A program made the position numbers and the translations under genes. This document shows, piece by piece, positions 17,608-25,980 of a stretch of 33,201 nucleotides of DNA (the stretch's first letter is position 1; each line of letters starts with the position of its first letter). This DNA comes from a virus. Its lineage: Duplodnaviria; Heunggongvirae; Uroviricota; Caudoviricetes. The DNA is taken from IMG/VR virus record IMGVR_UViG_2574180227_000019; one strand, 5' to 3'. The notes beneath the pieces were generated by a model. That model was not told the origin of the DNA, made no database searches, and was given only the letters and a program-made list of their open reading frames with translations.

Positions 17608-19189
17608 CCAGCATCCCCTTCATTTCCGCAGCAAACATGGCATCACTGAGCAGCGTCATCAGGCGGGAATCATCCATTTCACGATAAAGGGCAGGCAGGT
17701 CTGCCAGCGCATCCGCCAGCCCCCGCGTTCTGATGGCATCAATGACCGGCTCCAGTACCGGGTCGATGGCCTCCTGTAAGCGGCGGGCAGGCACCGCGTC
17801 CCCCATATCATCCAGTTCATCACGCGGCGTGCTTTTCGCTTCCGGCAGTCTGGCTGACAGCGCCGTCTGCTCTGTTTTTTCCTGTTTTTCCGGTGGTGTT
17901 TCCCTGTCGGTCTGAGCCGGTTCATTGCCACTCTGACGGACACGGAATATGGCTTCACCGGGCGTGGGCTGCGGAATACCCGTCTGCTCACGTATCCAGG
18001 GATCAGAAATATCCATCCCCGTACTGAGCTGCATCACCGCACTGGTGATTTTGGTGATATCCCCCGGTTCTTTTGTCTGGAAGCAGATACGTGGCAGACG
18101 GCGGATATCAATAGTGTGCGTGGTGTTCAGGGCGTACAGCGGATACACCAGATCGCGGTTCAGGGTTGCAGCCAGCTGTCGTAAATCAGAATCCCTGATT
18201 TCCCGGCGCACCTCGTTATGCACTTCACCCAGCGAGCGCGCGCCTTTGTCTCCGGCTTCCGTGGTCAGCGTGCCGCCGAGTATTGCTTTGGAGATGGAGC
18301 GCTCCCCCCACGAAATCATGGTTTCAAACGGATCGGCCTGACCGTTCGCGGCTGCCTGAAACTCCAGCGACATCCCGGCCGGGATGATCCCGCCTGTACG
18401 TCGCCCGATATCCATCACCGCCCGCATCAGGGCGCTTTTCTGCTCCGGTGTTGCCCCGGACGGGTATTTACCGACCTTCATCGGCAGGCCGTACACCTCC
18501 AGAAATTCAGCCAGATCGCGCACGGAATAGTTTTTGAAAATGAACGGCCAGATAAGCGTTCTGACAAGCCCTGTTGCGCCGCCGTAACCGGTGCGTGAAC
18601 GTGACTGATGCACTATCCAGCCAAAGGGCTGAAACGCCACCCCGGCATGGCTGCCGTCACGCAGCCGCAGTTCGCTCAAATCATCCGGGTTAAGGCAGAA
18701 ATGCCCGCTGTCACGCCAGCGGATGGCGCGGATGATGTGCATTTTACCGAGCATCCCGTGCTCAATCTCCATGCAGGAATAGCCTTTCAGGATGGCATCG
18801 GTGGCATCAAACAGCATGGCATCAAACCAGTCGGCGGAATGCAGGTATTCGTCGAGCATTTCCGCGTCCTTTTTCTCATTCGCGCTGGCGTTCGGGGGCG
18901 GCTCAATACTCCAGGGCACCCCCTGAATGGCAAGACGTCGCTTGCCCAGCTCTGCAAAAAGATGGGTATCCTTTTCTTCAATGTCAGCGGCCAGATCGGA
19001 CTGGGCAATCAGATCGCCACGTTCAGCCCCGCGAAGGCACTGTGCCGCCCGGTTCGGGGTGATACCCGAGGCCGGATGTTCAATATAACGGCTGGCAATC
19101 TGCGGAATATCCAGCACGGCACTCTGCATCTCCGGGTCAAAGGAGAAAGGTTTTCCGTCAAGATCAATTATGCATCCCACTACCAGCAC
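17591..19189 (-). CDS. Portal protein (Mu gp29-like)
   Basis: 532 aa ORF between terminase large subunit and F; GTG start in the track, true start uncertain. Confidence 0.75.
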   Translation of the reverse strand: MLVVGCIIDLDGKPFSFDPEMQSAVLDIPQIASRYIEHPASGITPNRAAQCLRGAERGDLIAQSDLAADIEEKDTHLFAELGKRRLAIQGVPWSIEPPPNASANEKKDAEMLDEYLHSADWFDAMLFDATDAILKGYSCMEIEHGMLGKMHIIRAIRWRDSGHFCLNPDDLSELRLRDGSHAGVAFQPFGWIVHQSRSRTGYGGATGLVRTLIWPFIFKNYSVRDLAEFLEVYGLPMKVGKYPSGATPEQKSALMRAVMDIGRRTGGIIPAGMSLEFQAAANGQADPFETMISWGERSISKAILGGTLTTEAGDKGARSLGEVHNEVRREIRDSDLRQLAATLNRDLVYPLYALNTTHTIDIRRLPRICFQTKEPGDITKITSAVMQLSTGMDISDPWIREQTGIPQPTPGEAIFRVRQSGNEPAQTDRETPPEKQEKTEQTALSARLPEAKSTPRDELDDMGDAVPARRLQEAIDPVLEPVIDAIRTRGLADALADLPALYREMDDSRLMTLLSDAMFAAEMKGMLDDTGD

Positions 19190-20844
19190 CCCCGATCAAA
19201 TTCATGATATGCCTCATCGTCATCACGATAACCGCCCTCCATGGCCCGCGACCGCTCCGGCAGCGCCTGGCAGGCTGATTCATCCAGGATAAAGCCCTCC
19301 ATGTATGACGCCCGGTTTGCCATACAGAGCGCCACGGCAAAATCACCATGGCGGCGGGCGTTCACAGCCGTTGCGTTCTGGTCCTTCGTACGCCCCTTGT
19401 CGATTTGCGGGATACCGTTCACCACCTTCACATGGCGCAAATCATCAAGCGTGGTCTGATGGCGGGCGACGAGGATATTCTGATCCTCAAACTCGGCCTT
19501 CAGTTTTGGCATCCACTCGCCGTACCACTTCGGCGATAACATCACGCAGTCGATGATGTCCGGGCCAAAGGCCAGCAGCGCGGCTTCGGCCAGATAGCCG
19601 CCGTTACCGGTGGCGTCGAACGCCGCACCGACCAGCGCCGGAACGCGGGTCAGGATGTACATCATCACCTGCTCCTGCTGGGCATACGGCAGGTTGCGCA
19701 GCTCCACGCGAAACACCTCGCGTTTTGCCAGGGATTCAGTGATTTCCAGCAGCACAAAACAGGACAGGTCTCCGGTGCGGGCAAAGTCTTCCCCGAAGCT
19801 GAATCGGGAACGGGGATTTAACGCCTCTAAAAGCGGTTTTAAATGTTCTTCACACCAGGTTAAAACCTCCGATTCACGCAGCCATGCGGCACGGCTGATG
19901 AAGTCGTCCGGGGCTTCAAACGTCAGAATCGGGATGTCGCGGATCATCGCCATTTCAATAAGCGCGTGAGGAATATAGGCACCGCCGGATTTTTTCGGGA
20001 TACAGCCGTATTCCTCGTCGGCATCCTCACGGGTCGGGGCGTTTTTGTAGAGATCATCACGCCACTTCTGCTCGCTTTCCGGTGACCATTCGCGGCCGGT
20101 GACATAACAGATACGACGGTACAGCCCGTCCGCAATGGCATCATCCAGGGTAATGCGGTGGACGCTGTAATCCTTGCGCCCTTCGCGGGCTTCCTGAATG
20201 TACTGATTAAACAGATTATCGACGCCGTTATGCGTGGAGATAATACGCACGCGCGCGCCCCACATGGTAAGCGCCATTGCCGCCTTGAGAAGCTCATCCA
20301 GTGACTCGTGGAACGCGGCTTCATCAATCACCACATCCCCCTGAAGGCCGCGCAGGTTTGACGGACGGGAAGACAGTGCCTGAATTTTGAATCCACTGTT
20401 CGGAAAGCGGATCATGTAGGTCAGAATTTCTTCTTTTTTATCCCGATCCCAGAAGGTCTGCTCATACACATCAGCATCTGCCAGCTGGTTAAAGGCACGG
20501 GAGAACAGTGCACAGGCAGAAATATATTCCAGCGCCATCTCCTGCTTTGACCCCACATAAAACACATTGCGGCCACCGCGCCGCTTCGGTTTTGCAGCGG
20601 TAATGACGTTACGCCCGGCTTCCGCCCAGGTAAGCCCGGTGCGGCGGGATTTTTCCGCGATGCAGACCTCGCTTTCATCCTCAAACCAGCGGGCCTGATA
20701 ATCCAGAAATACCGGCATATCACCGGGCAAATCAAGGCTGTCCGGCACATCCACGCCCAGTAGGGCTTTTTCACCGGCCAGATCAATTTTGCGGGTGGAG
20801 ACGGTATTCGTCAGTAAGGGGGAGAGTTCTTCGGCGTTATTCAT
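19180..20844 (-). CDS. Terminase large subunit (Mu gp28-like)
   Basis: 554 aa ORF, ATG at 20842-20844; position immediately after the small-subunit gene. Confidence 0.8.
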   Translation of the reverse strand: MNNAEELSPLLTNTVSTRKIDLAGEKALLGVDVPDSLDLPGDMPVFLDYQARWFEDESEVCIAEKSRRTGLTWAEAGRNVITAAKPKRRGGRNVFYVGSKQEMALEYISACALFSRAFNQLADADVYEQTFWDRDKKEEILTYMIRFPNSGFKIQALSSRPSNLRGLQGDVVIDEAAFHESLDELLKAAMALTMWGARVRIISTHNGVDNLFNQYIQEAREGRKDYSVHRITLDDAIADGLYRRICYVTGREWSPESEQKWRDDLYKNAPTREDADEEYGCIPKKSGGAYIPHALIEMAMIRDIPILTFEAPDDFISRAAWLRESEVLTWCEEHLKPLLEALNPRSRFSFGEDFARTGDLSCFVLLEITESLAKREVFRVELRNLPYAQQEQVMMYILTRVPALVGAAFDATGNGGYLAEAALLAFGPDIIDCVMLSPKWYGEWMPKLKAEFEDQNILVARHQTTLDDLRHVKVVNGIPQIDKGRTKDQNATAVNARRHGDFAVALCMANRASYMEGFILDESACQALPERSRAMEGGYRDDDEAYHEFDRGCW

Positions 20845-21425
20845 CAGACTTTACCCAACAGAATCCCCTTAATACGGGACTCAAGCTGTTCACTCATCCC
20901 GTCCACGCCGCGCAGCTCGTCGGTGACGGCGTTTGCCATCTCTTCAGCAAATGCAGCCCTGATTTCTTTTTCACGCTTAATGCTGCGCTCGGCGGCACTT
21001 TCCGCACGCTGTGCTGACAGGAGGATGTCCTTAATAAGACGCATATCCACGTCGCTGTCACTGTTCAGGGATTCGGTCGCGGCACGCAGACGGCGGTACA
21101 TCAGGGCGCGGGACATCTCCAGGATCAATGCAGTGGTTTCACCGGTTGGCTTGTCCCCCAGTTCGGCCATCATGGCTTTTGTCTGCTCGCGTAAATCACG
21201 CAGGTTACGGGCAATCAGCTCATTACGGGAGGCTTCCCGGCTGATGGCCGCCGGTGAAAGCTGCTGCTCTTCCGGCAGGCCCGCCTCACGGATCAGACGG
21301 TTGATTTCCTCGCGTATCTGGACCTGCGTCAGACGTTTTTCACGCAGCATTTCCAGCAGTGGCTTACGGATGCTGTCGGGGAGCAAATCCACCTTGCGCA
21401 CGCGTCCACGCGTCGGCTTGTCCAT
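20844..21425 (-). CDS. Terminase small subunit-like protein (Mu gp27-like)
   Basis: 193 aa ORF with AAGGGGGT Shine-Dalgarno, coiled-coil-rich, directly upstream of the large subunit. Confidence 0.55.
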   Translation of the reverse strand: MDKPTRGRVRKVDLLPDSIRKPLLEMLREKRLTQVQIREEINRLIREAGLPEEQQLSPAAISREASRNELIARNLRDLREQTKAMMAELGDKPTGETTALILEMSRALMYRRLRAATESLNSDSDVDMRLIKDILLSAQRAESAAERSIKREKEIRAAFAEEMANAVTDELRGVDGMSEQLESRIKGILLGKV

Positions 21426-21427
21426 CG

Positions 21428-21718
21428 TTACCCCCTTGCGCGTGGTTTCTTCACACCCGGAACGCTGGCGCGGCCTTCCGCCACATCCTGCCCCCGGCCG
21501 GTCAGTTCCGCGATGAAATAACCGTTAATCAGAACGCGTTTGCGCACCAGTCCCTGCTCGGCAAGCCAGGCAATGTGGGTGTGAACGGTGTCGCGGGACA
21601 CGCGGTGGCCGTAATCATCCAGACAGTCCTGGAGCACGGATTCACCCAGTTCACCGTTGTAATCTGCCAGCGACCGCAGAATGACCAGACGCTGATCTTC
21701 AGTAATGAAATCACTCAT
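21428..21718 (-). CDS. Hypothetical protein (Mu gp26 position)
   Basis: 96 aa ORF; synteny only. Confidence 0.4.
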   Translation of the reverse strand: MSDFITEDQRLVILRSLADYNGELGESVLQDCLDDYGHRVSRDTVHTHIAWLAEQGLVRKRVLINGYFIAELTGRGQDVAEGRASVPGVKKPRARG

Positions 21719-22022
21719 TCGTTTTTTTCCTTACCGCCTGCTCCAGCAGCAGTTCGTTCTGATAGGAGACAGAGCGGAGCGTGGCGTTCGTGGTTTTCAG
21801 TTCACCCCGCAGGGTCACGATTTCCACATTCAGACGGTTGACCTCAGCTTCTGTCGGCAGTGACGACAGGCGGGTTTCCACCTTCTCAACGCGGTCGGAG
21901 AGTTTTTCAAAGGCCTCGCGGGGGACAAACGTTTTGCGCATCAGCGCCATGAATATCCCGCCAGCGGTTGCCGTCGCCGAAAGGATCGGCACAACATAAT
22001 CTTTAACGATGCTGACCCACAT
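21711..22022 (-). CDS. Small membrane protein (Mu gp25-like; candidate lysis accessory / releasin-like)
   Basis: 103 aa, N-terminal hydrophobic helix (VVPILSATATAGGIFMALM) then coiled coil; GGAGG Shine-Dalgarno; adjacent to the lysis genes. Confidence 0.4.
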   Translation of the reverse strand: MWVSIVKDYVVPILSATATAGGIFMALMRKTFVPREAFEKLSDRVEKVETRLSSLPTEAEVNRLNVEIVTLRGELKTTNATLRSVSYQNELLLEQAVRKKTNE

Positions 22023-22230
22023 GACGGGCCTCCATGATGTTCTGGCAGTTCACACAACGGATGGCATCCGGCACAGCAACAAGACGTGCGGCGGGGATCT
22101 CTCCGCCACAGTCCGCGCAGACACGTCTGCCCGGAGCATCCATTGCCCGGCGCTTACGTGTCAGCCGGTTACAAAGGGCGCGTTCTGATCCCCGCTCCAT
22201 CACAGCCTGAGCACGATCTGAATCATCCAT
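22003..22230 (-). CDS. TraR/DksA-family C4 zinc-finger protein
   Basis: 75 aa with CADCGGEI...x17...CVNCQ (CxxC-x17-CxxC) and AAGGA Shine-Dalgarno. Confidence 0.6.
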   Translation of the reverse strand: MDDSDRAQAVMERGSERALCNRLTRKRRAMDAPGRRVCADCGGEIPAARLVAVPDAIRCVNCQNIMEARHVGQHR

Positions 22231-22240
22231 ACCTTTTTCC

Positions 22241-22516
22241 TTACTTCGTCTTTCCTGCCGGAACAGCAGGCGTTCCGGTCATATCAGTAAATTCATGTTG
22301 TCGCCGCGCCTCCAGACGACGAATACTGGCCTTGTCCACGTTGCAGTTCTTGATCACCGCCAGCAGTTGCAGGTTGTAAGTGACCGATGCCCCAAACGTG
22401 AACGGCTCCGGCACAGGAGGGACCAGGCAGTCAGCCAGCCATTCAGCGGGGATCGGCACCGGCTTCACAGGCACGTATTTCACAGACGGCCCGGCGCACC
22501 CGATCAGCCACATCAT
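22241..22516 (-). CDS. o-spanin (Rz1-like outer-membrane lipoprotein), overlapping the i-spanin in another frame
   Basis: The internal part of track ORF 22241..22807 reads MMWLIGCAGPSVKYVPVKPVPIPAEW...: hydrophobic leader, lipobox LIGC, proline-rich mature region. Start ambiguous (alternative ATG near 22612). Confidence 0.45.
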   Translation of the reverse strand: MMWLIGCAGPSVKYVPVKPVPIPAEWLADCLVPPVPEPFTFGASVTYNLQLLAVIKNCNVDKASIRRLEARRQHEFTDMTGTPAVPAGKTK

Positions 22517-22793
22517 CAGGAACAGGGGCAGAGGCCGCAGGCACCGCTGCCAGCGACCGGCGGACAACGCTCTGCTGTCCCTCGCTGTGCTGAATGTTCT
22601 GTTGTTTTTCATTCGTGGCCGCCTCACTGATTTGTGAAATGAGTTGCAGGGTGTGCTGCTGATTTGCCAGCACCTGACGCGCCTCATCCCGCTCACGCAC
22701 AAGCACCTGATTATTGTCTTCAAGGCGCTGCGTCTTCTGGTGCATTCCCCATATCGCGGCAACCAGTACAGCGATAATCCCCAGCGCCGCCAT
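22443..22793 (-). CDS. i-spanin (Rz-like inner-membrane protein)
   Basis: From the ATG at 22791-22793: MAALGIIAVLVAAIWG (transmembrane helix) followed by a Gln/Glu/Arg-rich predicted coiled coil. Start uncertain; in-frame ATG also at 22943 and TTG at 22964. Confidence 0.45.
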   Translation of the reverse strand: MAALGIIAVLVAAIWGMHQKTQRLEDNNQVLVRERDEARQVLANQQHTLQLISQISEAATNEKQQNIQHSEGQQSVVRRSLAAVPAASAPVPDDVADRVRRAVCEIRACEAGADPR

Positions 22794-22905
22794 GCACGCC
22801 CCGGCAATCAGGGCCGGTAAGGCATTATTCACCGCAGCCACAAGACACCCCGTAACAGCAGTACCGCACACAGCAGCGCTATCATGAGCGGTCGCCAGAA
22901 GCGGT

Positions 22906-23406
22906 TCAGACTTTCGGCAAGTCGTAGCGACATAACCATTCATCCGCCGAACGGCGGGCCTCAAGGCCGGGGAGTTTCACCCCCTTTGAATAAATCCAGC
23001 GGATATACTGCTTACAGGACGCGGGCATCTGCCCGGCATTGATCAGGCGCAGAAGCGTGGAGTTGCGGAAGTTCGTTTCACCGGCCCAGAAGATCCACGA
23101 AGCCAGCGCCACAGTCTGACCACGGGTAAGCGGCACCTGAACACGCCGATCAATGGCCGCAAAGGCCCATTTCATGTCCTTTTCCAGTAGTTCCAGGCAT
23201 TCTTCATCCGTCAGGGTCATACCCGGTTTCACATCCGGGCCGGTATGGCCGTAACAGATGGTGGGTGTACCGGTGGGATCGATATACGTGGAGTTTTCTT
23301 TCCCTTCCCAGTAACCGGTGTAATGCGTGGCAATCGTGAACGTCCCGGCACCGGCCAGAACAAGGGCAATCAGCTTTTTACGCAGTGGTGCGGGGAGTTT
23401 TGGCAT
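22906..23406 (-). CDS. Endolysin, phage lysozyme with N-terminal signal-anchor-release (SAR)-like domain
   Basis: N-terminal KKLIALVLAGAGTFTIA hydrophobic segment followed by YWEGKENSTYIDPTGTPTICYGHT, i.e. the E-x8-D-x5-T catalytic arrangement of T4-type and SAR lysozymes. Confidence 0.75.
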   Translation of the reverse strand: MPKLPAPLRKKLIALVLAGAGTFTIATHYTGYWEGKENSTYIDPTGTPTICYGHTGPDVKPGMTLTDEECLELLEKDMKWAFAAIDRRVQVPLTRGQTVALASWIFWAGETNFRNSTLLRLINAGQMPASCKQYIRWIYSKGVKLPGLEARRSADEWLCRYDLPKV

Positions 23407-23407
23407 T

Positions 23408-23445
23408 GTTACGCTGTCTCATGATGTTCTCTGAGTCAGCGTAAC
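23408..23445. promoter_or_regulatory. Perfect 9 bp inverted repeat ending 1 nt before the endolysin start codon
   Basis: gttacgctg (23408-23416) and cagcgtaac (23437-23445), 20 bp spacer, in the 71 bp gap between the Mor/C-family gene and the endolysin. Confidence 0.3.
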
Positions 23446-23477
23446 GGTGAAGGAAAGGCGGCAGGCTTTGCGGAATA

Positions 23478-23903
23478 TCAGAAAAGTGGCGGTTGCGTTC
23501 TTGCCAGATGCAGACGGCGCTGTTCACGTATGACGGTATAAATCTGGGTTTCTGACATCCGGTAATGGCGGCGAAGGGATTCAATTTTCTCGCCCCGGTC
23601 CCAGCGCGAAAATATCTCATTGTTTCGCAGCTCGGCAAAGAGAGATTCCCCGACCGGCAGGTAATAACCCCGTCCGCCCATATAGGCTGCCTGAGCCGCA
23701 GCCACCTTGCGTGCCAGTTTACCGGCCAGTACCGGCTCAATCCCCTGACGCTGAAGTTCTGCGCCGGTGACTTCAACCAGTTCTGACAGGGTCCGCGGCC
23801 AGTTCTTTTTGAGAACATCATCAGGGATGTCATCAAGGCGGTCGATAAGGGCGTGCAGTTGCTCACTGTCACCACCAAACATGCTCATCTGAGTTTCTGC
23901 CAT
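23478..23903 (-). CDS. Mor/C-family transcriptional activator (middle/late gene activator)
   Basis: 141 aa; C-terminal ...YYLPVGESLFAELRNNEIFSRWDRGEKIESLRRHYRMSETQIYTVIREQRR... resembles the Mu Mor/C family as remembered; GGAGG Shine-Dalgarno; lies just downstream of an intrinsic terminator and upstream of the endolysin. Confidence 0.7.
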   Translation of the reverse strand: MAETQMSMFGGDSEQLHALIDRLDDIPDDVLKKNWPRTLSELVEVTGAELQRQGIEPVLAGKLARKVAAAQAAYMGGRGYYLPVGESLFAELRNNEIFSRWDRGEKIESLRRHYRMSETQIYTVIREQRRLHLARTQPPLF

Positions 23904-23944
23904 ATCAGCCTCCGGTTCTCGCGTTCCCGGTAAGTTTAAAATAA

Positions 23945-23968
23945 AAATCCCGCGTTGTGGCGGGATTT
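23945..23968 (-). terminator. Rho-independent terminator between GemA and the Mor/C-family gene
   Basis: On the minus-strand transcript: aaaucccgc-cacaac-gcgggauuu (9 bp stem, 6 nt loop) followed by uuauuuuaaa. Confidence 0.5.
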
Positions 23969-23972
23969 GGGG

Positions 23973-24482
23973 TTAACGGGGAAGTGATTTTTCATACTGC
24001 CTGCAAACGGCGTCATACCCCATCAGCGTGCGTTCGGGCATTCCCATCGCGGCCAGCATTTTGCGGCGGTGCCATCGCTTGAGACGCTCCAGCACATCTG
24101 AGGCCAGGGCGGGGTGTTGCTCCAGCCACTGCCAGTTTGCCACACCTTCGCCGCCGTTCTGCGCGGCCGTCTGCGATTTCACCCAGCGGTTAAGAGCGGT
24201 TTCCGCACCATCAGAGATAAAGCCCTGCCGGTGCATCACCTTCCAGATGGCGCGAATTTTAGCGGTCACCGTACCCGGTTTTAAGGCCCGGTTAACCGGG
24301 TTCTGACGCACTTTAAAACCGCGTTTTTTGAAAACATCCAGCACGCGGGACAACTCATCCGGTGACATATCCCGGCAGCTGGTTTTGCCGGTGGCTGCCA
24401 GCAGCACGAATGTATAAGTCTCATCATCCAGGGCAAGCTCGCGCTTTGCCACATGAATGGCGGATATCAGTTTTCCTCTCAT
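23973..24482 (-). CDS. GemA-like protein (Mu gp16 family)
   Basis: 169 aa ORF directly upstream of the Mor/C gene; sequence and position consistent with Mu GemA as remembered. Confidence 0.6.
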   Translation of the reverse strand: MRGKLISAIHVAKRELALDDETYTFVLLAATGKTSCRDMSPDELSRVLDVFKKRGFKVRQNPVNRALKPGTVTAKIRAIWKVMHRQGFISDGAETALNRWVKSQTAAQNGGEGVANWQWLEQHPALASDVLERLKRWHRRKMLAAMGMPERTLMGYDAVCRQYEKSLPR

Positions 24483-24775
24483 ACCGTATTTACCTTTTTA
24501 CGGACATGGAAAGCCTTTTCTGCCTCATCCCACCGGGCATGGTGTGTTGGCGGAATAATCATTATGTGCCAGCCATCTCTGGTTGTTATCCGGCAGAAAA
24601 ATTCACCGCTATATAACACAATGGCCTGCTGAATGAGCGCATCAGCCGCCCGTTCAACCGGATGTCTTTTATCAAAAAAGCAGATGATTTTTCGACATAA
24701 CCACCGGGTAATAACAAATGCGCCGAAAAAGGATGTGATATATAAGCACCAGAACAACAGAGAACTATTGTCCAT
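24479..24775 (-). CDS. Small membrane protein, unknown function
   Basis: 98 aa, strong AAGGAG Shine-Dalgarno, N-terminal hydrophobic helix (LLFWCLYITSFFGAFVI); ATGA-coupled to GemA. Confidence 0.5.
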   Translation of the reverse strand: MDNSSLLFWCLYITSFFGAFVITRWLCRKIICFFDKRHPVERAADALIQQAIVLYSGEFFCRITTRDGWHIMIIPPTHHARWDEAEKAFHVRKKVNTV

Positions 24776-24955
24776 TATCTTTCTCCTTATTCACTCTTCT
24801 GCGGCATTCGGCACAGTCATCAGGGCTTTCAAATGTATCCGGCTCGCGATTATGAGCCAGATATAACCACCGTCCACATATACTGATATTTTCGCCTGTT
24901 TTAAAAAAAATGATGCTTCCTGGCCATTAGTGGCCGCGCCCATCCAGCGGGTAGA

Positions 24956-25291
24956 CTATTCATTTGCTTTATCCTCCATACTGGAGAGAATCATATGTAT
25001 TAATGTCGGGCGTGGAGATATACGCATTTCATTAAGCGTCTGAAGGGCAGCAACAGCTGCCTGTTTATCGGTGCCTTTGGCAATTTCAGCAAGAGAATGC
25101 ACAATCCATAACGGGCTTAACGCTACGGCTGAATGCAGAATCATGTCATCCATAATAATTTCTGGCATATCCCGTTTGTCACATTCTTTATCCATAAAAG
25201 AAACAATTTTTTCTGCATCTTCCGGTTTCATGCCTCCGGCGATGAGAATTTTACGATATTCATAAGACGATCTTAATTCAATACTCATCAT
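24956..25291 (-). CDS. Hypothetical early protein
   Basis: 111 aa ORF in the AT-richer early block; no recognisable motif. Confidence 0.4.
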   Translation of the reverse strand: MMSIELRSSYEYRKILIAGGMKPEDAEKIVSFMDKECDKRDMPEIIMDDMILHSAVALSPLWIVHSLAEIAKGTDKQAAVAALQTLNEMRISPRPTLIHMILSSMEDKANE

Positions 25292-25303
25292 TCACCTGCC
25301 TGT

Positions 25304-25672
25304 TTAATCAGTTTCCAGTGCTTTGCTACGGGCAACAGCCTCACACTCAAAAAATACCGACTCCGGCACACGTTCTTTTAATTCACGAACAAGGAAGTTA
25401 TTAACGCGCTCGTGACATCTTATATTTCTTTCCTTTTCCTCCTGGCGTAATACAGCAAGGCGGTATTCAACAGTCCGGCGTTGTTTCTGAAAGACAGCCA
25501 GTGCTTTTCTGGCAGAGTTACGCCATGTATCATCACCACAGGGTGCGTATTCAAGCTGAAATTTAATCTCTTCAATGGTTTCTTTTATTTTTGCCAGCAA
25601 GCTAAGACAGTCGCTGATTGTCTTCAGTTTTTCATTATCAATATAACTTCTCACGCATTCACCTCCCGTCAT
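25304..25672 (-). CDS. Hypothetical early protein (coiled-coil)
   Basis: The track ORF runs to 25696 (GTG); the ATG at 25670-25672 forms an ATGA overlap with the upstream stop, and an in-frame GTG at 25654 has GGAGGT upstream. Start uncertain. Confidence 0.4.
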   Translation of the reverse strand: MTGGECVRSYIDNEKLKTISDCLSLLAKIKETIEEIKFQLEYAPCGDDTWRNSARKALAVFQKQRRTVEYRLAVLRQEEKERNIRCHERVNNFLVRELKERVPESVFFECEAVARSKALETD

Positions 25673-25980
25673 TCCGGTAAAGCTGAAATATGGCACCAGT
25701 GCGTCACCTGTCCGTCCTCATCTTCAAGGCAGGCTCCGGTTTCTTCATCAACAAAAAAGCCTTCATACCCCATATGGCCGATGCGCAGCTCCTGACGGTG
25801 ACCATACTGAACAATCAGCACGACAGCCTCCATATCAGGTGGGAAAGCATCATTCAGTGAATGCCAGGGATAACCGCGTAAATCCCCGAAATAAACACCG
25901 GTCAGCGTTCCGCCACAGAGCGGCATTCCGGCGGCACACACAAGAGGTTCATCTGATTCAACAAATAAGGTCGTTATCAT
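25669..25980 (-). CDS. Hypothetical early protein (possibly DUF551-like)
   Basis: 103 aa, ATGA-coupled to the upstream gene; the DUF551 resemblance is a weak impression from memory. Confidence 0.4.
   Translation of the reverse strand: MITTLFVESDEPLVCAAGMPLCGGTLTGVYFGDLRGYPWHSLNDAFPPDMEAVVLIVQYGHRQELRIGHMGYEGFFVDEETGACLEDEDGQVTHWCHISALPE

Noticed and set aside
13960-21516. Long plus-strand ORFs in the track (for example 13960..14517, 14388..14951, 18608..19207, 20923..21516)
   Set aside because: All lie antisense to well-supported structural genes with phage synteny, lack Shine-Dalgarno context, and are the sort of open frames expected by chance in GC-rich DNA.
3647-22964. N-terminal extensions of track ORFs 3647..4213, 5801..7318, 22241..22807 and 22443..22964
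   Set aside because: The extended starts overlap upstream genes by 100-300 nt; internal starts with Shine-Dalgarno motifs or ATGA/TAATG coupling give the usual compact phage arrangement. Spanin starts remain uncertain.
23378-23878. 166 aa minus-strand ORF overlapping the Mor/C gene in another frame
   Set aside because: Almost entirely embedded in the Mor/C-family gene, which has the recognisable sequence and a proper Shine-Dalgarno; the alternative frame has no recognisable features.
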